From NCBI GenBank assembly GCA_009778545.1, contig WRJO01000001.1, positions 1 through 52,941 on the forward strand: a DNA stretch of 52,941 nucleotides. The letters are read 5' to 3'. Source of the DNA: Treponema sp. Lineage in GTDB: Bacteria > Spirochaetota > Spirochaetia > Treponematales > Breznakiellaceae. Below are positions 46,808-52,941 of this stretch, in pieces (the stretch's first letter is position 1; every line of letters begins with the position of its first letter). The notes under the pieces are model-generated. The model saw only the letters and a program-made list of their open reading frames with translations, ran no database searches and had not been told where the DNA came from. The translations under genes and the position numbers were made by a program.

Positions 46808-47721
46808 CGCGGCGCCCGTCCGCTGAAGAAGCGGCGCAGGGTTTCTGCCGCATCCGCGCCGGTGGGGATTTCCAGGGAGGCGACTCCAGCCCTGCGGCAG
46901 AGGCTCTGCCAGAGATTGGCGCGGTCTTTGTGCCATTGCGACCACGCATCCCGAAAAGCGGGGGAACTTGTGGGGGCCGCAAGCTGTACGCTCGTTTCGG
47001 GATCCTTGACGGTGATAAGCCCCAAATCGGGTATGTCCCCCTCCGCCGAATCGCAGACCCGCACGGCAATCACGTCGTGCCTCCGCCCAAGATCGCGTAA
47101 CTCCTGCCTCCAGCCCACGCTGAGAAAGTCGGAGATAAGCACGACCATGCTCCGCCGCTTGAGCAAACGCCCTGCGCCGGATATTGCCGAGCGGAGGTTG
47201 CTGCTGTACTCGCCGCGCCGCCCGTGGAATGCTCCGCCCTTGTGGTATTGCAGCGCCCCAGACACAAAGGACAGCACGTTGCGCCTTCCCTTGCGGGGCG
47301 GAAAAACCCGGTCGATCTCCCGGTCAAAAAGAAACGCCCCCACCCGCTGCCCGCTGCGTTCCGCCGAAAACGCGATAAGGGCCGCGCAGATAAGCGCCTG
47401 TTCGTAGGGCGTCATGCTGTGCGCCCTGCCCCAAATATTGGCCGTTCCGCTGTTCATGGAAGCCGAGGTATCCAAAAGCAGCAGAATCGTCAGTTCGCGC
47501 TCCTCGCGGAACATCTTTACAAAGGGCGTGCCGAGGCGGGCGCTGGCGTTCCAGTCGATGGCTTTCGCGTCGTCGCCCCACTGGTAATGCCGTGCCTCAT
47601 CAAATTCCAGACCCTGCCCCTTGAACACGGAACGGAAATTGCCGGAAAGCATATCCGCCGCGAGCCCGTCTGCGACAATGGGAAGCCTGGTTATTTTGCC
47701 TAAAAGCTCATGGGTGTCCAT
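46804..47721 (-). CDS. DUF58 domain protein
   Basis: SVFKGQGLEFDEARHYQWGDD..IDWNASAR, DTSASM, LISDF. Confidence 0.93.
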   Translation of the reverse strand: MDTHELLGKITRLPIVADGLAADMLSGNFRSVFKGQGLEFDEARHYQWGDDAKAIDWNASARLGTPFVKMFREERELTILLLLDTSASMNSGTANIWGRAHSMTPYEQALICAALIAFSAERSGQRVGAFLFDREIDRVFPPRKGRRNVLSFVSGALQYHKGGAFHGRRGEYSSNLRSAISGAGRLLKRRSMVVLISDFLSVGWRQELRDLGRRHDVIAVRVCDSAEGDIPDLGLITVKDPETSVQLAAPTSSPAFRDAWSQWHKDRANLWQSLCRRAGVASLEIPTGADAAETLRRFFSGRAPR

Positions 47722-47726
47722 ACGGA

Positions 47727-48758
47727 TCAGGGTATTGGGACGTGAGAGAGTATCCGTGAAATGACCGCATCGGCGTCAAGGCCGTCGGCCTCCGCTTCGT
47801 AGGAAAGCACGATGCGGTGCCGCAGCGCCGGGTAGGCCGCCGTTTTTACATCCTCCGGGCTGACATATTCCCTGCCCGCAAAAAGCGCCAATATTCGCGA
47901 GCAGCGGTGCAGGGCGATAGATGCGCGGGGAGACGCGCCGAATGACACATAACGGTAGATGCCTTCCGACGTTCGCGCCGGGCCTGCCTGCTGCGCCCGC
48001 GCTTTGCCGGAACCGGCGGATGCGGGACGCGTCGCCACGACGATCGACACTATGTACTCGGCGATTTTATCGTCGATGTGGATTGAATCGGCGGCGCTGC
48101 GAAGCCTGGCAATGGCCGGCCCGTCCAGCACCGGCGACAGCGGTGCAAGCGGTCCCGCGCTGCCCGAAACCATCGAAGGGCTGCGTTTTACAATGGCAAG
48201 CTCTTCCTGCGGCGTCGGGTACGATACCAGAAGTTTTAGCAAAAATCGGTCCAGCTCCGCTTCCGGCAGCGAATAGGTTCCCTCGTGTTCGATGGGATTT
48301 TCGGTGGCAAGCACAAAAAACGGATCCGGCAGGGGGTAAGTTGTTTCGCCGATGGTCACCTGCCGTTCTTCCATCGCTTCCAGAAGCGCGGACTGCATCT
48401 TTGCCGGCGCGCGGTTAATCTCATCTGCCAGGATCACGTTGGCAAAGACCGGCCCCCGCCGCACGGAAAAACTCCCCTTCGCCTGATCCCATATCAGCGT
48501 TCCGGTAAGGTCTGCCGGCAGCAGGTCCGGCGTAAACTGTATGCGTTTAAATTCAAGACCAGTGATCTGCGCGAGGCTTTTTACCGCCAGGGTTTTCGCC
48601 AGCCCCGGCACGCCCTCAAGGAGAATGTGCCCTCCGGCGATAAGGGCGGTTAACAGCCCATCGACCATTTGCTGCTGCCCGACGATCCGCTTCGCCAATT
48701 CCTTCCTGCAGGTATCGATCAGCGATGCGCTCTGGGCAAGATCGGTGATTTTGTCCAT
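47727..48758 (-). CDS. moxR: MoxR family AAA+ ATPase
   Basis: GVPGLAKT, IQFTPDLLPAD, DEINRAPAK, GASPR. Confidence 0.95.
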   Translation of the reverse strand: MDKITDLAQSASLIDTCRKELAKRIVGQQQMVDGLLTALIAGGHILLEGVPGLAKTLAVKSLAQITGLEFKRIQFTPDLLPADLTGTLIWDQAKGSFSVRRGPVFANVILADEINRAPAKMQSALLEAMEERQVTIGETTYPLPDPFFVLATENPIEHEGTYSLPEAELDRFLLKLLVSYPTPQEELAIVKRSPSMVSGSAGPLAPLSPVLDGPAIARLRSAADSIHIDDKIAEYIVSIVVATRPASAGSGKARAQQAGPARTSEGIYRYVSFGASPRASIALHRCSRILALFAGREYVSPEDVKTAAYPALRHRIVLSYEAEADGLDADAVISRILSHVPIP

Positions 48759-48872
48759 CCTTCTATTGTAATGGGACGCTGCGTTAACGGCAATAGGCAC
48801 ACAGGCAGCTCGGTTGGCAGAATTATGGCTGAAATTTGGCAAAACAGGGGCAGTTTTTGGTTTTTTCTGCAA

Positions 48873-49220
48873 TTATCGGAAAATTCCTGAATCAACTGCC
48901 TCTTCAAATTGAGCATCAATGGCTTTTTTTACTTTTTTTTGAAGGGCCATAAGGGTTTTGAGTGAAGAATCGCTTTTTACAACGCCAAAATCGTCATTTT
49001 CGGGAAGCAATAATTGATATTCTTTTAAATGGAGCGCTTTTGCCAGCCCAGACAGTGTTTTTGAGCTCACCCACCTCCGGCAACCTTCGATGTCATTCAA
49101 CGTCTGCGACGATAATCCGGCTTTTTCTGCCAATTTTTCCTGCGTATAGCAATAAAGCCTTCTATGTTTCTTAATATTGTTTGACAAAATCCTTCGAATG
49201 GGTTCCGGCTCTGATTTCAT
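48873..49220 (-). CDS. XRE-family HTH transcriptional regulator
   Basis: NIKKHR...TQEKLAEKAGLS...IEG..RWVS..TL..LAKAL. Confidence 0.9.
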   Translation of the reverse strand: MKSEPEPIRRILSNNIKKHRRLYCYTQEKLAEKAGLSSQTLNDIEGCRRWVSSKTLSGLAKALHLKEYQLLLPENDDFGVVKSDSSLKTLMALQKKVKKAIDAQFEEAVDSGIFR

Positions 49221-49348
49221 ATGGAAAGCATAGGTGATATGTAACTTTTTCCAAACTTGCTTATTTAATTATTATATGTACTTGCTTACAGCATATTTGC
49301 CAATATTGTAAGTATTTTTTGAAAATATGGCTAAAAAAGGAGAAAATA

Positions 49349-50284
49349 ATGAAAAGAAGCGCTGTTTTTCTTAACATTGCCAAAATCGTTCTGTGCATGG
49401 TGGCAGCCGGCATTGTTTGTTCATGCGATGTATTTAATGATCAGAAAACCTATACTGTAGATTTTTGTATTAACGGTGGCGCAGGGACGGCTCCCGGAAA
49501 ACAACTGGTAAATACCGGTTACGGCATAACGCTTCCCGGCGGAAGCGGTTTCAGCAACCCCGGCTACACCTTTGGCGGCTGGAATACCGATGCTGATGGT
49601 ACCGGAATCAATTATGATGCAGGGTCTTCATACACTCCAATTGACAGCATTACTTTATATGCCGAATGGGATTTCATCGTGCAACATGAGGTTGTCATCG
49701 ATGCGGCAATACCGGTTATCAATACTCATCCGTCAGATGGTGTCTATTCGATTAATGCTGCTTCTGTTCCCCTCGTGGTACAGGCGAGTGTCGATGACGG
49801 CGGAATGCTTTCATGCCAGTGGTACAGAAACACCAGTGGATCAAATACCGGCGGAACTGCTATTGACGGAGCTTCATCCTTCGACTATGCTCCGCCCACC
49901 GGCACGGCAGGCACATTTTATTATTATGCGGAAGTAACAAACACCATATCCGATAACGGCGACGGCGGTTATAAAGCCGCAACTTCCAAAACCAATGCTG
50001 CGGAAATTGAAGTTGTAATTTACAGCGTTTTTATCATTAATCTGGCAGATATGAACGAATGGGAACTGCTGACTCAGGCTGTCCAGGTACCAGCCAACGC
50101 AAATAAGGAATTCAGGATAATCGGAAATTTTTCGTCTTACCGGTGGTATTTGGATGGAGTATCGGTAGGGACATCGCCAAGCTACATTTTTAACAAACCT
50201 GCCGATGTTTACCAGCTTATCCTGGTTGTAACGGACAATAGCGGTGAAAGCCGTTCAGGGCGCTGCCGGATAACGGCTAACTAA
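49349..50284 (+). CDS. InlB B-repeat / Ig-like surface lipoprotein
   Basis: Lipobox VCSC; GYTFGGWNT..DGTG..Y..ITLYAEW; Ig-like LSCQWY...YYYAEVTN. Confidence 0.82.
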   Translation: MKRSAVFLNIAKIVLCMVAAGIVCSCDVFNDQKTYTVDFCINGGAGTAPGKQLVNTGYGITLPGGSGFSNPGYTFGGWNTDADGTGINYDAGSSYTPIDSITLYAEWDFIVQHEVVIDAAIPVINTHPSDGVYSINAASVPLVVQASVDDGGMLSCQWYRNTSGSNTGGTAIDGASSFDYAPPTGTAGTFYYYAEVTNTISDNGDGGYKAATSKTNAAEIEVVIYSVFIINLADMNEWELLTQAVQVPANANKEFRIIGNFSSYRWYLDGVSVGTSPSYIFNKPADVYQLILVVTDNSGESRSGRCRITAN

Positions 50285-50301
50285 AAGGAAAGGAGAAAAA
50301 A

Positions 50302-52911
50302 ATGAAAACCATAGCAAAGCGGCTTGCCGGTCTTTTGGGGATTTGCTTTTTGGCGATTCTATTTTTTGCCTGTGCCAATGTGCTTCAGGTTCAGGAGTTG
50401 CATGAAAAAGCGGCTGTATCTATTTCGGTCTCAGATGGCGCTTCACGAACCGTGCTGCCTCAATTCGCACTCTCTGACGTTGCCCGGTATGAACTGCTCG
50501 GCGGAATCAATGGCGCGCCGGAAATGGAACTAACCGAATTTACTTCCGGAAATACTACGATTATACTCGAACCAGGAAACTGGAATTTTACCCTCAACGC
50601 GTATGATCGGAATAGCAGACTTATACTGCAAGGGAAAGTTCAAAATGAAGAGATAAGTAAGACGGGGCATAATCAGGTTGTTTTTTCCCTGTCCGTTTTG
50701 AAAGGCGGGATAGGCGCGATTCAGATAACGCTTTATTTCCCCGAATCCGCCGGTATTACAAGGATATACACCAACGGTGATGTAGGTTCAGGTTCCTTTG
50801 CCCCTGGCAGTAATGGCAGCTTTGTCTATACCAATAACGGAATTTCCTCGGGAGACTATCTTATCAATTTTGAACTGTATCGCGGCGAAATACTGCGGGC
50901 AGTTGTCGGAGAACAGGTTCTGGTTCGGGATAATTTAACCAGCAGCAAAACCATTACCCTTACAGGAGAGGATCTAAAGAGGGTATATACAGTTACGTTT
51001 AACACAGATGGTGGAAGCGTTGTTCAAAGCCAGACCGTAACTTCCGGCGGTGTTGCGATCCGCCCAGATTCCGATCCGGTAAAAACAGATTTCACCTTTG
51101 TCAACTGGTACAGCGATTCCGGTTTAAATACATTGTATAACTTTTCCACACCGGTAACCGGGGATATGACGCTTTATGCGAAATGGTCTTCCAGTTGGGG
51201 TAATACTCTTGCTGAAAAATTAGAATGGCTAAAAATTAATGCAGTCAGCGGCGGGGAGTATATTCTGGAAATAAATGCCGATGAAAGCATCAGCCCGCAG
51301 ACTCTTTCCTATGGCGAAAGGAATAATATAACGATAAATTTGGTGGGCATAGGCGAAAATCGTACCTTAAGTCTTTCTTCCAATGGATCAATGTTTGCCT
51401 TAGGTTCCGGTGTCACCCTGCTTCTGGATAATGGCATAACTTTAAAAGGGCGTAGTGATAATAACGCTTCGTTAGTAAGGGTAGACGGTGGCGGTACTCT
51501 TAAGATGAACGAAGGTTCTGTTATTACCGGAAATATCACTTCTTCAAATGGCGGAGGAGTGTATGTAAGTTCTTTCGGATCCTTTACAATGAATGGCGGG
51601 AAAATATCCGACAATACTACCGATAAATACTTCATCTCCATAAATGCCTGCGGTGGCGGAGTGTATGTGGATATTAATGGAGTCTTTGACATGAAGGCCG
51701 GTTCGATAATTGAGAGGAATTCATCTTATGACTATGGCGGCGGAGTGTATGTTAAGGGAATCTTTACAATGGATAATGGAAATATTTCTGGGAATAACAC
51801 ATTTTATGGTGGTGGAGTATATGTGGAGAATCGAGGAAAATTTACTCTAAAAGGTGGATTGATTTTCGAAAATTCTTCCTCAGGTGGTGGTGGAGTGGGA
51901 ACAGACGGTACTTTTACAATGGATGGTGGAAGTATTTACAATAATAACGGAAGTAGTAATGGTGGAGGAGTATTTATTAATTCAAATGGATCTTTTACCA
52001 TGAACGATGGAACTATCTCCGGAAACACCGCTTTTTCAGGTGGCGGGGTTAAGATTTATAATGTCTTTATTATGAATAACGGCACTATATCTAACAATAC
52101 CGCTATTTTTACAGGAGGAGGGATAGATCTAATTACCGATGGAACTTTTCGTATATTCAATGGAACAATTTACGGCTTGAATGAAGCTGATGTGAATCTC
52201 AAAAATAACGCATCTATGCAAGGAGCATCGCTCTATAACAAAGGTATAGCAGAATATGGTACGTTCAACGGAGAATGGTGGGTCAGAAACGGTAAATTGG
52301 ATACCAACGAAAATACAATAAGAATTGTTAATGGTATGCAGAACATCGATATTCCACCACCCGGATATCCTGTAAATGTTAAAGCTGAAGCTCAATCATC
52401 AAGTAGTATACAAATTTCCTGGGATGCACCAAATTTTGGTAGTACTCCAACACGATATAATATCTGGCGGTCAACCGACTACATGGGAATTTTCACCGAG
52501 ATTGGCAATGTTTCAAGTTCAGCATTAACATATATTGATAGCGGATTAAACGCATCAACTACCTATTACTATAAAATAGATGCCGAAAATAGCGGTGGAA
52601 GGGGCCAAAAATCTTCCGTGAGGGAAGCGACAACTTATTCTTCCGGTGGAGGTAGTGCTTTTGGAATATGGCTATACCAGGGCGCTGAATATTTGGTGAT
52701 AAATACCAACGGAACCGGTATACTCTTGGTTGGTGCAAGCGGAAACTGGGTAGTAGGGCCAACTACCTTGACTTTCACGAATTCATATGGCAGTACATAC
52801 CTCACTTATAAAATAAGTGATGATGATAAACTAATCATCACAAATGCAACTGGTTTTTATGCTTCAGCTTTTTATCCTGTTCTGATTAATTGGTCATTTG
52901 ACAGAAAGTAA
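50302..52911 (+). CDS. Large surface lipoprotein (InlB B-repeat, GGGV beta-helix repeats, FN3)
   Basis: Lipobox FFAC; FVNWYSD..YNF.TPVTGDMTLYAKW; repeated GGGVYV..G.FTM..G.I..N; FN3 (ISWD..YNIWRS..YYYKI.A.N). Confidence 0.85.
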   Translation: MKTIAKRLAGLLGICFLAILFFACANVLQVQELHEKAAVSISVSDGASRTVLPQFALSDVARYELLGGINGAPEMELTEFTSGNTTIILEPGNWNFTLNAYDRNSRLILQGKVQNEEISKTGHNQVVFSLSVLKGGIGAIQITLYFPESAGITRIYTNGDVGSGSFAPGSNGSFVYTNNGISSGDYLINFELYRGEILRAVVGEQVLVRDNLTSSKTITLTGEDLKRVYTVTFNTDGGSVVQSQTVTSGGVAIRPDSDPVKTDFTFVNWYSDSGLNTLYNFSTPVTGDMTLYAKWSSSWGNTLAEKLEWLKINAVSGGEYILEINADESISPQTLSYGERNNITINLVGIGENRTLSLSSNGSMFALGSGVTLLLDNGITLKGRSDNNASLVRVDGGGTLKMNEGSVITGNITSSNGGGVYVSSFGSFTMNGGKISDNTTDKYFISINACGGGVYVDINGVFDMKAGSIIERNSSYDYGGGVYVKGIFTMDNGNISGNNTFYGGGVYVENRGKFTLKGGLIFENSSSGGGGVGTDGTFTMDGGSIYNNNGSSNGGGVFINSNGSFTMNDGTISGNTAFSGGGVKIYNVFIMNNGTISNNTAIFTGGGIDLITDGTFRIFNGTIYGLNEADVNLKNNASMQGASLYNKGIAEYGTFNGEWWVRNGKLDTNENTIRIVNGMQNIDIPPPGYPVNVKAEAQSSSSIQISWDAPNFGSTPTRYNIWRSTDYMGIFTEIGNVSSSALTYIDSGLNASTTYYYKIDAENSGGRGQKSSVREATTYSSGGGSAFGIWLYQGAEYLVINTNGTGILLVGASGNWVVGPTTLTFTNSYGSTYLTYKISDDDKLIITNATGFYASAFYPVLINWSFDRK

Positions 52912-52941
52912 TGTTCTGTCGCGTCGGCCCCAACAGCAAGT

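Noticed and set aside
41705-48758. MoxR-DUF58-VWA-VWA-TPR cluster as a novel system
   Set aside because: Matches the described Bat/MoxR operon architecture.
52912-52941. Possible start of a mobile element at the window end
   Set aside because: Only 30 nt are available, with no repeat or motif to support a call.

Overview
Chromosomal segment of a spirochete. A Treponema-like lineage, probably from a termite gut, is inferred from flbB/flbD/fliY, the single-domain FlgJ, the Bat operon and InlB-repeat lipoproteins. It carries most of the fla operon (flbB-fliK-flgD-flgE-flbD-motAB-fliLMY-fliO-fliP'), galK-like/surE/TPR/NHL genes, a hemerythrin, a hybrid histidine kinase, flgNKL-fliW-csrA, flgFGJ, recO-recJ-M23-rpsU, envelope glycan enzymes, a YbhJ-type aconitase-family hydratase, two FKBP PPIases, infA, smr, a MoxR-DUF58-VWA (Bat) operon and an AT-richer XRE plus surface-lipoprotein locus. 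No rRNA, tRNA, CRISPR, transposase or integrase was recognised. The most unusual signal is non-coding: many gene junctions hold palindromic elements built from short tandem 7-8-mers (CACAGAGG/CGCAGAGG, GGGGA(C/A)T, TAGTGGT and CGCGAAT families) with variable, self-pairing spacers. Three copies sit in frame between a coupled start codon and a signal peptide, and some are nested. A separate ~265-bp structured element occurs twice and shows compensatory stem changes. Gene calls rest on motif recognition and synteny only; no database searches were run.
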